Positions 32,189 to 50,886 of a stretch of 64,000 nucleotides of DNA are shown piece after piece. Position numbers and translations under genes: made by a program. The first letter of the stretch is position 1; every line of letters starts with the position of its first letter. The stretch lies in the NCBI RefSeq assembly GCF_009914755.1, contig NC_060927.1; one strand, 5' to 3'. This stretch comes from the human T2T-CHM13v2.0 reference genome, Homo sapiens. The notes below the pieces were generated by a model. It ran no database searches. It was not told the DNA's origin and saw nothing but the letters and a program-made list of their open reading frames with translations.

Positions 32189-33029
32189 TGAGTTTGTGAA
32201 ATCTAACTTCATTCTTCTTTTGAAAACGGAGACCTTAATTTGCTTTTCGTCAGTTATCTGGCACAGCTAGCCTTCTCTGCATTTCTTTAAAGATTCTTGA
32301 GATTCTTTCCTGTCTCACTCTCTCAAAGAAAATAAGTATAAGTGAATTACCACTAAGTACAAAGAACATTAAATTTAAACTTGCATGTTTCTAATGGGAA
32401 TTACCATTTCCAAAGCAATGAGTGTGTGTGACTGTGTGTTTATGTTCTTGTCAACATAAATATGTGTTTATGTTGGAGAAAAGTTTACGGCAGGAGAAGG
32501 TACCAGTGGCTTACTTTTATTCTCCCATGGTGTCTGAGGACCAGGAAAGAGTTAGAGAAACAAGCCTCCATAAACACAACATATGGAGTTAGAACCTCAC
32601 TATGTTGAGCTTGCTTTTAACTTTATTTTCTACTTCTAGTTCTTATTGGCCAGAGTATAGGCTTTTAATGGGGAAGACTTATAGACCGAAAGAAATCAAG
32701 AATCTGCTGCCTTCATAGAACTCCTTTCTACATTGCAAATCCTGAGTATGTTGACTTCAAGACCAATTAAAACAAAACCAAATTAAATAAACAAAACCGG
32801 CTCCAAACACCAATGGTTATTTCAGACCACAGAGGGGTAAATAAAAGCTTGAATGCTTAAAACCATTGGTTTTGATAAAAGTTATTAGAATTGATGATGC
32901 CTCTGCCAAAAATTCACAGTGCCATTGGCTGATATGGCTTTCCCCCCAATTAAAGCTTTCATCTTTAAATGATCTGTGAATAGATAAGACCACATAGTTT
33001 ATACTTGTTGAAAATGCTACCGCATTCCC

Positions 33030-33330
33030 TTTTTTTTTTTGGACAAGGTCCTGCTCTGTGGCCCAGACTGGAGTGCAGTGGTATGACCATAGCTCACTGC
33101 AGCCTTGAACTCCTAGGCTCATGAGTTTTCTTCATCGGCCTCCAGAGTAGCTAGGACTACAGGCCCAAACTAGCACACTGGGCTAATTTTTAAGTTTTTT
33201 TTTTTTCTAGAGAGAGTGTCTCACTATGGTGCCCAGACTGGTCTTAAACTCTTGGCCCCAAGATATCCTCACCTCAGCCCTCAGCCTCCCAAAGTGCTGG
33301 GATTACAGGCATGAACCACCATGCTTAGCC
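33030..33330 (-). mobile_element. AluJ element
   Basis: Dimeric Alu with J-type catagctcactgcagccttgaactcctaggctca. Confidence 0.9.
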
Positions 33331-33897
33331 CCACATTTCTTTTTTCTTTCTTTCTTTTTTTTTTTTTAACCTTTGTAAGCTTGACATTGTAAAGATTCTT
33401 CTAAATTAAGCTATGAGGTTTGCTATTTTGGGCACCCTTCTCGGCAAGCCCATGCCTTGTGACATTACTTCTGCTCTGTTTACCAATAGTGTGTGTCAGG
33501 GCTGCTGGTTGTGGCAAACTCAGCCACAAGAGAAGAAGCTGAGAGAACTTTATCTCTCTCACTTGAAGGCACCAACATACTGGAAGGGGAATCTGGAAGA
33601 TCCGGTGGTCATAAGACATATCATTTATGCATGGTAACTTCTCTCCTAATGAAGTTTAGCAACTAAGATTGTTTCTGGTTTCAGTCTGAAAGAAGGTTCC
33701 TATTCATGAAGTACTTCTTGTGTGAAACGGCACACAGTCATCATTTACTTCACAGCTGAACTTTGGTATGAGCTGCTTAACTGCTTTCTTTGACAATAGT
33801 TTTTAACCTATTTGCATATTTCCATCAGATTAATCTTTCCAAATCATGGTTCTGATTGTCAGGATAATGATGTATCTACAACTCCTGCCCAAGATAG

Positions 33898-34301
<404 letters not shown>

Positions 34302-34759
34302 AGAATTTGCTTTCTATCTGGAAGAGTGAAGGAAAAAAAATCATATTTCTACTTTATCATCATTGAATATTTTCTTAATTGGAAAAAGCCTTACAGATAA
34401 ATATTACTCCTTGGTAAAGAAAGCAATTGCCATTATAATACATCTTCGGGAGAGGGATATCCAAACTAATACTCAATTTACCAGGTAATCTCAAATTTTG
34501 TTCAGTTGACATTTGTTGAAATTATTTTACTATTGTCTACTTCATGTTTTGAGTCTGGCACAGAGGAATCACAGTATAAACACAATGTAGATTATATGTA
34601 CAACTGAACAACAGATGTTAGGTAAACTTGTATTTTCAACATTACGTAAAGTTATCCTGAGATAACCATTTTTTAAAAATTAAAATTATTATAGTATGTA
34701 GTCTATTCACTTGTGACATAAAGAGCTAGTGCTCACCAAACATTGTATGTGTTTCCATT

Positions 34760-34819
34760 TATTTTCTAGCCTCTTTTGCCTTTCAGTTGGGGCCACATGC
34801 CTAGTTCTGGCCAGTGAAT
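34760..34819 (+). mobile_element. MLT1 LTR split by the L1PA5-like insertion; resumes ~41966-42185
   Basis: ggggccacatgcctagttctggccagtgaa MLT1 motif on the left; aagatggtgggactctgtcagcctgggttcctg on the right. Confidence 0.55.
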
Positions 34820-35102
34820 AATAAGTGGAAGAGGGGGCGGTTCCAAGATGGCCAAGTAGGAACAGTTCCAGTCTACAGCTCCCAGCACGAGCAATGCAGA
34901 AGACGGATGATTTCTGCATTTCCAACTGAGGTACCAGGTTCATCTCACTGGGGATTGTCAGACAGTGGGTGCAGGACAGTGGGTGCAGTGCACCAAGTGT
35001 GAGCCAAAGCAGTGCGAGGCATTGCCTCACCCGGGAAGCACAAGAGGTCAGGGAATTCCCTTTCCTAGCCAAGAAAAGGGGTGACAGACGGCACCTGGAA
35101 AA

Positions 35103-35285
35103 TCAGGTCACTCCCACCCATATACTGCACTTTTCCGATGGTCTTAGCAAATGGCACACCAGGAGATTATATCCCGCACCTAGCTTGGAGGGTCCCATGG
35201 CCACGAAGCCTCGCTTGTTGCTAGCACAGCAGTCTGAGATCAAACTACAAGGCGGCAGTGAGGCTGGGGGAGGGGAACACGCCAT
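35103..35285 (-). pseudogene. L1 ORF0-like frame, 60 aa, prematurely terminated
   Basis: MACSPPPASLPPCSLISDCCASN...VGVT stop. Confidence 0.55.
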
Positions 35286-35860
35286 TGCTGAGGCTTGAGC
35301 AGGTAAACAAAGTGGCCAGGAAGCTTGAACTGGGTGGAGCCCACCGCAGCTCAAGGAGGCCTGCTTGCCTCTGCAGACTCCACCTCTGGGGGCAGGGCAT
35401 AGCCAAACAAAAGGCAGCAGAAACCTCTGCAGACCTAAATGTCCCTGTCTGACAGCTTGGAAGACAGTAGTGGTTCTCCCAGCATGCAGCTTGAGATCTG
35501 AGAATGGACAGACTGCCTCCTCAAGTGGGCCCCTGACCCCTGAGTAGCCTAACTGGGAGGCACTCCCCAGTAGGGGCAGACTGACACCTCACATGGCTGG
35601 GTACCTCTCTGAGACAAAACTTCCAGAGGAACGATCAGCCAGCAACATTTGCTGTTCACCAATATTCACTGATCTGCAGCCTCCACTGCTGATACCCAGG
35701 CAAACAGGGTCTGGAGTGGACCTCTAGCAAACTCCAATGGACCTGCAACTGAGGTTTCTGACTGTTAGAAGGAAAACTAACCAACAGAGAGGACATCCAC
35801 ACCAAAACCCCATCTGTACATCACCATCATCAAAGACCAAAGGTAGATAAAACCACAAAG

Positions 35861-36877
35861 ATGGGGAAAAAACAGAGCAGAAAAACTGAAAATTCTAAAA
35901 ATCAGAGCACCTCTCCTCCTCCAAAGGAACGCAGCTCCTCACCAGCAATGGAACAAAGCTGGATGGAGAGTGACTTTGACGAGTTGAGAGAAGAAGGCTT
36001 TAGATGATCAAACTACTCTGAGCTAAAGGAGGAAGTTCGAACTCATTGCAAAGAAGTTAAAAACCTTGAAAAAAAATTAGACGAATGGCTAACTAGAATA
36101 ACCAATGCAGATAATTCCTTAAAGGACCTGATGAAGCTGAAAACCATGGCACGAGAACTACATGATGAATGCACAAGCCTCACTAGCCGATTCGATCAAC
36201 TGGAAGAAAGGATATCAGTGATGGAAGATGAAATGAATGAAATGAAGCAAGAAGAGAAGTTTAGAGAAAAAAGAATAAAAAGAAATCAACAAAGCCTCCA
36301 AGAAATATGGGACTATGTGAAAAGAGCAAATCTACGTCAGATTGGTGTACGTGAAAGTGACAGGGAGAATGGAACAAAGTTGGAAAACAGTCTGCAGGAT
36401 ATTATCCAGGAGAACTTCCCCAATCTAGCAAGGCAGGCCAACATTCAAATTTAGGAAATACAGAGAATGCCACAAAGATACTCCTTGAGAAGAGCAACTC
36501 CAAGACACATAATTGTCAGATTCACCAAGGTTGAAATGAAGGAAAAAATGTTAAGTGCAGCCAGAGAGAAAGGTCAGGTTACCCACAAAGGGAAGCCCAT
36601 CAGACTAACAGCGGATCTCTTAGCAGAAACTCTACAAGCCAGAAGAGAGTGGGGGCCAATATTCAACATTCTTAAAGGAAAGAATTTTGAAGCCAGAATT
36701 TCATATCCAGCCAAACTAAGCTTCATAAGTGAAGGAGAAATAAAATCCTTTACAGACAAGCAAATGCTGAGAGATTTTGTCACCACCAGGCCTGCCCTAA
36801 AAGAGCTCCTGAAGGAAGCACTAAACATGGAAAGGAACAACCAGCAAAAGCCACTGCAAAAACATGCCAAATTGTAA
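35861..36877 (+). pseudogene. L1 ORF1, disrupted
   Basis: ATG at 35861, internal stops, open pieces 36131-36454 and 36467-36877. Confidence 0.95.
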
Positions 36878-36925
36878 AGACCATCAAGGCTAGGAAGAAA
36901 CTGCATCAACTAATGAGCAAAATAA

Positions 36926-41742
<4,817 letters not shown>

Positions 41743-42927
41743 ACAATGAGAACACTTGGACACAGGAAGGGGAACATCACACACTGGGGCCTGTTGTGGT
41801 GTGGGAGGAGGGGGAAGGATAGCATTAGGAGATATACCTAATGTAAATGACGAGTTAATGGGTGCAGCACACCAACATGACACATGTATACATATGTAAC
41901 AAAGCTGCACATTGTGCACATGTACCCTAAAACTTAAAGTATAATAAAAAAAAATAAGTGGAAGAAATGTTTGTTTCTTTTGGGCCAAGGCAAACTGGGA
42001 GGGGACATATTCTAGATGGCGCAAGCACAAGATGGTGGGACTCTGTCAGCCTGGGTTCCTGGGACACTATGTGCAAGATAGTGTTCTACTGACCAGGGCT
42101 GGATGAGGAACTTGAGTAAGAAACGAACTTTTCAAGATTTGAGAATTAATGTGTTCCCCACCCAACCCACCTTCTCTTAACTAATATAGCAGTTAAACAA
42201 CAAATACCAAGGGTTAGGTAACTTGTAAATGTATTAAACTAATCAAATCTGAATTTCCTTCTCCTCCTCCAGTGGTATTTTGTGCTGGAGAGGACACCTG
42301 GTTCCTTGTTAAATGGCAGTGGAGATATCCTGCTATTTCATCTTGAAGTCCTGACCCTGAGTGTGTGTCTGAACCGAGGCTGGAGATGACCAAACTCTTT
42401 AATACTGTACCTGTCCTGTCTGTCAGAATCTTAGTGGGTACTGTTCCAAATGGCAGGACCAGTGCTGGGGTCCTGTTCTTCCCCTTGCCTCCCTTTCTTG
42501 TCCTGAATAAGTGCCAACTCTTGGCTACTCAATCATGTACACCAATGATCATGAAAAATGGGGTGCGTTTGGCATTCGATCATCAATTGTTGGTGTACAT
42601 GATTGAGTACTGAGAGCTGACACTTATTCTTTTTATTAAAGTCACCTGCAATCTCTGGGTACTTTCAACAGAAGTTATGAAATTTTAGCTTGACCTTCCA
42701 AAATCTTATCACATCCTACCTTTTAAATCTTGGGTCTTACCACAATCCTCCCAAATTGATTTACTTGCCACTTCCTAGACCTATATTTTTGGACATCTTT
42801 TAGTCATATCATGGCTTCCATCTAAATGTCTTTCTTCCCTGCCATTCAAGTCCTACCCCGACTTCAAGGTGCAACTCAAGTTTCACATTTTTTGGTACCT
42901 TCTCTGAACCATGTTAAGCTTCTGAAA

Positions 42928-43270
42928 GATTCACAATCCTTATCTTCATTTCTGAAACCCAGAAAGTTCTGAAAATGGAAAGCTTTTATTATTCATTAGA
43001 AAAACCTGGTCTGACTTGAACAAATTTGGAGAAAAAACCTGAACTGATTTGGCTTTATTTATCATTTTTGTCTGTGATTTTTATCCCATATAGTGTGTAT
43101 ATTCATGTTATATTTGATTGTGGGTGATACCCTAGACCCTTCCGGGCTATAACATACAGTTTTATCTGTCTAAAATCTGAAACATTCTGATTTCAGAAGC
43201 TCATCTACTCCCAGGGATTTTAGAAACTCATCTACCCTCAGGGATTTTGGTAATGAGATTGGTGCTTCGT
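42928..43270 (+). mobile_element. MER46C-like Tigger MITE
   Basis: cacaatccttatc...ctgaaacccagaaagttctgaaaa start; agggattttggtaatgagattgg end. Confidence 0.55.
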
Positions 43271-43311
43271 TACTGTCCTTATGGAGAAATCACAGTATAT
43301 CTCTGTTTTGA

Positions 43312-43353
43312 TGTGCACATGTACCCTAGAACTTAAAGTATAATTAAAAAAAA
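43312..43353 (+). mobile_element. Isolated ~42-bp L1PA 3' terminus
   Basis: atgtgcacatgtaccctagaacttaaagtataattaaaaaaaa. Confidence 0.85.
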
Positions 43354-44125
43354 GAAATGTTATGATCTACTTGAATCTACTTTAATAAACTGACTTCTGG
43401 CATTAGATTGAATTTTTTGATGATGAAAATATTTCTTATCAGTGATTTGGGTATAAGTTTTTACAAGTCATAAACTCACATGCACAAAAATGCTTTATTT
43501 GTCTTTAACTGAACTTAGCTTTTACCTCAAACCCCATCTTCATCTGATGGCAGAAAAGTTCAGGTAAAATCAGCTACATTAGTGATTACTCAGTCATTTA
43601 ATGTTTTAACTAAGTCAGTTCAGGGAAATAAGCTTGAAGTTCCTGCTCCAATTTTATGGCCCTTGTTCTGCCTCTTCTGTTGGAGAAACAGAAGCTTTCA
43701 GATGCTTCTCTACAGTGCTTTGGGACCCAAAGTCCTGCCGTTTTTTTTTTCTGCCTACACAGTTTTAACTCTACTGTTGTTAGACCATACTGTTGTAGGG
43801 TAAGGTGTCAAACCTACACTTGGCTCTTTGTCTCCTTGATCTGTGCCTCAGGAAATGAGGCCCAACTTTCAGAATCTCCCAGAGCTGAAACCGTGATCAT
43901 TCTTCCCTACCCACACCCAAGGGGTAGGAGTGGAGCCAAGGGCTTGGAATGCCCATTTCTCTCTGATTCCAGAAAAATCCTTAATTAATCAACTAACTTT
44001 TATTCTCCTCTTCAAGTGACTAGGCAAGGGTTCTTCTAAACTTTTTTTAATGCTGATAACTTTGTTTTTTTTGATATTTTAAAAGTCACATTTCACATGT
44101 CATTCTGTATATAGCATAGATTTAT

Positions 44126-46413
44126 TTATTTGTTTATTTTTTAACTTTTGTTTTAGGTTCAGGAATACATGTGCAGGTTTGTTACATAGGTACACTTGTG
44201 TCATGGGGGTCTGTGGTACAGATTATTTCATCACCCAGGTATTAAGCCTAGTACCCATTAGTTATTTTTCCTGCTCCTCTGCCTCCTCCCACTCTTCACC
44301 CTCACATAGGCCCTAGTGTCTGTTGTTCGCTTCTTTTTGTTCATGAGTTCTCATCATTTAGCTCCCACTTATAAGTAAGAACATGTGGTATTTGGTTTTC
44401 TGTTCCTGCGTTAGTTTACTAAGGTTAATAGCCTCCAGGTCCTTCCACATTTCTTCAAAAGACATGATCTCATTCTTTTGTATGGCTGAATAGTATTCCA
44501 TGGTGTGTATATACCACATTTTCTTTTTTAAAAAAACTTTTATTTTAGGTTCAGAGGTACATGTGAAGGTTTGTTACCTAAGTAAACTCATGTTACTGGG
44601 GTTTGTTGTACAGATTATTTTATCACCTAGGAATTAAGCCCAGTACCCAATAGTTATCTTCTCTTTTCCTCTCCCTTCTCTGACGCCCTTCACCCTCAAG
44701 TGGACCCCAGTGTTTGTTGTTTCCTACTTTGTGTTCATGAGTTCTCATCATTTAGCCCTCACTTATAAGTGAGAACATACGGTATTTGGCTTTCTGTTCC
44801 TGAATCAGTTTGCTGAGGATAATAGCCTCCAGCTCCATGCATGTTTCTGCAAAAGATGTGATCTTGTTCTTTTTTATGGCTGCATAGTATTCCATGGTGT
44901 ATATATACCACATTTGCTTTATTCACTCTGTCACTGATGGGCATTTAGGTTGATTCCTGTCTTTGCTATTGTGAATAGTGCTGCAATGAACGTTCAAGTG
45001 CATGTGTCTTTATGGTAGAATAATTTTTATTCCTCTGGGTATATACTCAGTAATGGGATTGCTGAGTTGAATGGTAGTTCAACTTTTAGCTCTTTGAGAA
45101 ATTGCTGTACTGCTTCCACGATGGTTGAACTATTAATAATTTACATTCCCACCAACATTGTGTAAGTGTTCCCTTTTCTCTGCAACCTTTCTGGCATCTA
45201 TTTTTTGACTTTTTAATAATCGCCACTCTGACTGGTATGAGATGGTATCTCAATGTGGTTTTTGATTTGCATTTCTCTAATGATCAGTGATACTGAGCTT
45301 TTTTTCATATGCTTGTTGGCTGCATGCATGTCTTTGATATGGTTTGGCTGTTTCCCCACCCAAATCTCATCTTGAATTGTAGTTCCCATAATCTGCACAT
45401 GTCATAGGAGGGACCCAGTGGGAGGTAATTGAATAATGGGGGCAGTTACTTTCATGCTGTTCTTGTGATAGTAAGTTCTCACGAGATCTGATGGTTTTAT
45501 AAGGGTATATTTTCCCCTTCTGCTTAGCACTTCTCCTTCTGCTGCCATGTGAAGAAGGACATGTTTGCTTCCCCTTTCACCAGGATTGTAAGTTTCCTGA
45601 GGCCTCCCCAGCCACGTGAACTGTGAGTGAACTAAATCTTTTTCCTTTATAAATTACTGAGTCTCAGGTATGTCTTTATTGGCAGTGTGAGAATTGTCTA
45701 ATGCAGTCTTTTTTTGAAAAGTGTCTGTTCATATCCTTTGCCCACTTTATAATGTTTGTTTTTCTCTTGTAAATTTGTTTAAGTTCTTTATAGATGCTGG
45801 ATATTAATTAGACCCTTGTCAGATGCATAGTTTGCAAATATTTTCTCCCATTCTGTAAGTTGTCTGTTTATTCTGATGACAGTTTCTTTTACTGTGCAGA
45901 AGCTCTTTAGTTTAATTAGATCTCATTTGTCAATTTTTGCTTTTGTTGCAATTGCTTTTGGTGTCTTTGTCATTAAATCTTTGCCCATTCCTATTCCAGG
46001 ATGGTATTGGCTAGGTTGTCTTCCAGGGTCTTTATAGCTTTGGGTTTTACATTTAAGTCTTTAATCCATCTTGAGTTAATTTTTGTATATGGTGTGAACA
46101 AGGGGTCCAGTTTTAATCTTCTGCATATGGTTAGCCAGTTATCCCAGCACCATTTATTGAATAGGGAGTCATTTCCCCATTGTTTGTTTTTGTCAGCTTT
46201 GCTGAAGATGAGATGGTCATAGGTATGTGGCCTTATTTCTGCACTGTCTATTCTGCTCCATTAACCTGTGTGTTTTTGTACCAGTACCATGCTGTTTTGG
46301 TTACTGTTGCCCTGTAGTATAGGTTGAAGTCGGGTAACGTGATGCCTCTAACTTTGTTCTTTTTGCTTAGGATTGCCTGGGCTATTTGGGCTTTTTTTTT
46401 GTTCCATATGAAT
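44126..46413 (-). mobile_element. Old primate L1 (L1PA13-16-like) 3' portion with two tandem 3'UTRs
   Basis: Two 3'UTR copies (44126-44525, ~44526-44918), then ORF2 C-terminal sequence to gttccatatgaat. Confidence 0.88.
45335..45705 (+). mobile_element. THE1C/D-like solo LTR
   Basis: tgatatggtttggctg...ctaatgca; 5-bp TSD gtctt at 45330-45334 and 45706-45710. Confidence 0.92.
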
Positions 46414-46419
46414 ACAAAC

Positions 46420-48702
46420 TAATATGGTTTGGCCCTGTGTCCCCACCCAAATCTCATCTTGAATTATATTCCCATAATTCCCATGTGTTGTGGGAAGGAC
46501 CTGGTGGGAGATAATTGAATCGTGGGGGCGGTTTCTCCCATACTGTTCTCATGGTAGTGAATAAGCCTCACGAGATCTGATGGTTTTATAAGGTGAAACC
46601 CCTTTCACTTGGCTCTCATTCTCTCTCTTGCTGCTGCCATGTAAGAAGTGCCTTTCCCCTTTCACCATGATTGTGAGGCCTCCCTAGCCACATGGAACTG
46701 TAAGTCCATTAAGCCTCTTTCTTTTGTAAATTGCCCAGTCTCAGGTACGTCTTTATCAGCAGCATGAAAACAGACTAATGCAGTAAATGAGTACCAGTGG
46801 AGTGGGGCGCAGCTGAAAAGATACCCGAAAATGTGGAAGTGACTTTGGAACTGAGTAACAGGCAGAGATTTGAAAAATTTGAAGGGCTCAGAAGAAGACA
46901 GAAAAATGTGGGAAAATTTGGAACTTCTTAGAGACTTGTTGTATGTCTTTGACCAAAATGCTGATAATAATATAGACAATGAAATCCACGCTGAGGTGGT
47001 CTCAGATGGAGATGAGGAACTTGTTGGGAACTGGAGAAAAGCTGACTCTTACTATGTTTTAGCAAAGAGACTGGTGATATTTTGCCCCTGCCCTAGAGAC
47101 TTGTGGAACTTTGAACTTGAGAGAGATGATTTAGGGTATCTGGTGGAAGACATTTTTAAGCAGCAAAGCACTTAAGAGGTGACTTGGGTGTTGTTAAAGG
47201 CATCCAGTTTTAAAAGGGAAACAGAGCATACAAGTTTGGAAAATTTGCAGCCTGACAATGAGATAGAAAAGAAAATCCTATTTTCTGAGGAGAAATTCAA
47301 GCTGGATGCAGAAATTTGCATAAGTAATGAGGAGCCAAATGTTAATCCCCAAGACAATGGGGAAAATGTCTCTAGGGAATGTCAGAAGTCTTCATGGCAG
47401 CCCCTCCCATCACAGGTCCAGAGGCCTAGGAGGAAAAAGTTGTTTTGTGGGCTGGGCCCAGGGTCTGCGTGCTGTGTACTCCCTAGGGACTTGGTACCGT
47501 GCATCCCAGCTGCTCCAGCAGTGGCTGAAAGGGGCCAACATAGAGCTCAGGCCGTGGCTTCAGAGGGTGCAAGCCTCAAGCCTTGGCAGCTTTTACGTGG
47601 TGTTGAGCCTGCCAGTGCACAGCAGCCAAAAATTGGGGTTTGGGAACCTCTGCCTAGATTTCAGAGGATGTATGGAAATGCCTGAATGTCCAGGAAGAAG
47701 TTTGCTGCAGGGGTAGTGCTTTCATGGAGAACCTTTGCTAGGGCAGCGTGGAAGGGAAATGTGAGGTTGAAACCCCCACACAGAGTCTGGGGCATGGCCT
47801 AGTGGAGCTGTGAGAACAGGGCCACCTTCCTCCAGACCCCAGAATGGTAGATCCACTGACAGCTTGCACCGTGTACCTGGAAAAGCCACAGACACTCAAC
47901 ACCAGCCCATTAAAGCAGCTGGCAGGGAGGCTATACCCTGCAGAGCCGCAGGGGCGGAGCTGCCAAAGACCATGGGAACCCACCTCTTGTATCAGCATGA
48001 CCCAGATGTGAGACATGGATTAAAAGGAGATCATTTTGGAGCTTTAAGATTTGACTGCCCAGCTGGATTTTGGACTTGCATGGGTCCTGTAGCCCCTTCA
48101 TTTTGGCCACTTTCTCCCATTTGGAATGGCTGTATTTACCCAATGCCTGTACCCCCATTGTATCTAGGAAATATTTAACTTGATTTTGATTATATAGGCT
48201 TCTATGCAGAAGGGACTTGCCTTGTCTCAGATGAGACTTTGGACTGTGGACTTTTAAGTTAATGCTGAAATAAGTTAAGACTTTGGGGGACTGTTGAGAA
48301 GTCATGATTGGTTTTGAAATGTGAGGACATGAGATTTGGGAGGGGCCAGGGGCAGAATGATATGGTTTGGCTGTGTCCCCACCCAAATATCATCTTGAAT
48401 TCCCACATGTTGTGGGAGGGACCTGTTAGGAGGTAATTGAATCATTGGGGCAGGTCTTTCTCATGCTGTTCTCATGATAGTGAATAAGTCTTATGAGATC
48501 TGATGGTTTCGACAAGGGGAGTTTCCCTGGGTAAACTCTCTTTGAGTGCCGCTATCCATGTAAAGATGTGACTTGCTCCGCCTTGCCTTCCACCATGATT
48601 GTGAGGCCTCCCCAGACATGTGGAACTGTAAGTCCATTAAACCTCATTTTCTTCCCAATCTCAGGTATGTCTTTATCAGCAGTGTGAAAACAGACTAATA
48701 CA
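46420..48702 (+). mobile_element. Full-length THE1 (MaLR) provirus: LTR 46420-46782, internal 46783-48357, LTR 48358-48702
   Basis: ~1.6-kb THE1-int with decayed ORF, polypurine tract gggaggggccaggggcagaa, TSD caaac at 46415-46419 and 48703-48707. Confidence 0.95.
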
Positions 48703-49352
48703 CAAACCCACAGCCAACATCATACTGAATGGGCAAAAGCTGGAAGTATTCCCCTTGAAAACCATGACAAGACAAGTATGCTGTCTTTCATCACTCCTAT
48801 TCAACATAGTACTGGAAGTCCTGGCCAGAGCAATCAGGCAAGAGAAGGAAATAAAGGACATCTAAATAGGAAGAGAGGAATTCAAACTATCCCTGTTTGC
48901 AGGTGATATGATTCTTTATCTAGAAAACCCCATAGTCTTGGCCCAAAAGCTCCTTCAGTTGATAAACAATTTCAGCCAAATTTCAGGATATAAAATCAAT
49001 GTACAAAAACACTAACATTTTATACACTGACAACAGCCAAGCCAAAGGCCAAATGAGGAATGCAATCCCATTCACAACTGTCACAAAAGATAAAACAAAA
49101 TAAAGTAAAATAAAATAAAATAAAATAAAACACCTAGGAACACAGCTAACAAGGGAGGTGAAAGATCTCTACAATGAGAATTACAAAATAACTGCTCAGA
49201 GAAATCAGAGATGACACAAACAAATGAAAAAACATCCCATGCTCATGGGTAGAAAGAATTAATGTAATTAAAATGGCCACACTGCCCAAAGCAATTTACA
49301 GATTCAATGCTGTTTCTATCAAACCACCAATTACATTCTTCACAGATCTAGA
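48703..49352 (+). mobile_element. Inverted 5' segment (RT region) of the old L1 at 44126-46413
   Basis: caaacccacagccaacatcatactgaatggg...ttcttcacagatctaga; outer TSD catagatttat (44115-44125) / catggatttat (49353-49363). Confidence 0.85.
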
Positions 49353-50022
49353 CATGGATTTATGAAAGTCTACTTTGAGCCTTAGTATATGTTTGAGCCT
49401 TAAAACTTATGCAACTAAAATTCTTTGTTCTCTGGCTGTGTAATGTTTTGGCGCTGACCCTGAGGCATGAATGTTATCTGACTCATCGGTAAAGGCCAGA
49501 AGACAAAGAATAGGTGGGAAGTACCTAGTTAATATATGCGAATTTCATTCTACTACATGTGTACTCTCATTTGGCATCATTCAAACCCCAAACTGCCTCC
49601 TATGCAAAGGGAGAAGTTGTATTTGTCCTTGTGTAAGTGCTTTTTGAACTGGCTTCCAGAAGGAGCATAGAGGATGCTGTTAGGCCAGGATTTCTCTCCT
49701 TCTCACTCATCTTACTCATGCCAGATTCATATATTCATCATGTGCATATTTAGTCAAAACAGCTCAGCCTTTTATGTTTTTTAAATATATTGTGGAGCTG
49801 TATATAATCTAATTTAAATAAAGAATATTGCTAAGAAAAATACTTTGAAAATTTGTTGTATCTAAATAGGATTACACAAATGATTTTTCAAACACCCAGA
49901 TCCATTTGGGAATTGGTTTCACTTGTATGCTATCACTACTTAACTGCAATCAGCTCCTACTTTTAGCTATGAGTAAACAATTCATCCAGAATTTTCTAAC
50001 TTTTGATGAAATCCTTCAAGTA

Positions 50023-50886
50023 CAGTAAGTCCTCACTTGACCTTGTTGATAGGTTCTTGAAAATTGTGACTTTAAATGAAACAACACATCATGAAACAAA
50101 TTTTATCAGAGGCTAATTGATTTAAACAAGAGTTAAGTTCCTATGGTATGTTTCTGGTAACAAAAACATTACCAAACTTCTGACCCAAAACACTTCTAAT
50201 ATCAAACATTGAAATAAGTGTGAGCTATATACATATATTTAAGAAAGATTAATAAGAACGAGTCAGATAATTATTTACCCAGTTTTTGGTGAATCAGTGA
50301 GTGATGGCAGTCTTCGTGGTGGTGGGTTAAATCAAAGAATAAGTGTCTGCAAAGTAAAAATGGTAGAGAGCACCTCCTCCCACCACGCAGTTCAAACACA
50401 ATTACAAATATTCATACCACATCATTTATTGTCATGCATTTGGATGATTATCATAGATTTTATGAATTTTAAAAATTGTTTTATTTCATTACAAATTTGT
50501 ATTTGGCAATAACTTGTGTTCATTTATTTATTTTGCAACCCACTTATTCCAGTTCAGAGTCGTAGGTGGCCTGGGAGACTATCATGGGGCAGCTCAGGAG
50601 GCAAGGTGGGAACCAGCCCTGGACCGCACGCCATCCCATCACGGGGCACACTCATACCCACACCCACACTCACTCAGTCTAGGACAATTTAGATATACCG
50701 ATAAACCTAACATCTTTGGGATGTAGGAGGAAGCCGGAGAACCTGGAGAAAACCCAAGCAGGCCTGGCAAGAACATGCAAACTCCACACAGACAGTGATC
50801 CCTGCCAGGAATTGATTTTGCTTTTTCTCATAAATATTATAACAAAAGTGTGTTGAATAAAAACATGATTCGAGAACCTGGTATTG
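50023..50886 (-). mobile_element. MER6 Tigger-type DNA transposon
   Basis: TA + cagtaagtcctcactt end; catgcaaactccacacagacagtg motif; ~865 bp. Confidence 0.8.

Noticed and set aside
46870-48386. Overlapping ORFs of 100-170 aa
   Set aside because: Decayed THE1 internal ORF and its alternative frames.
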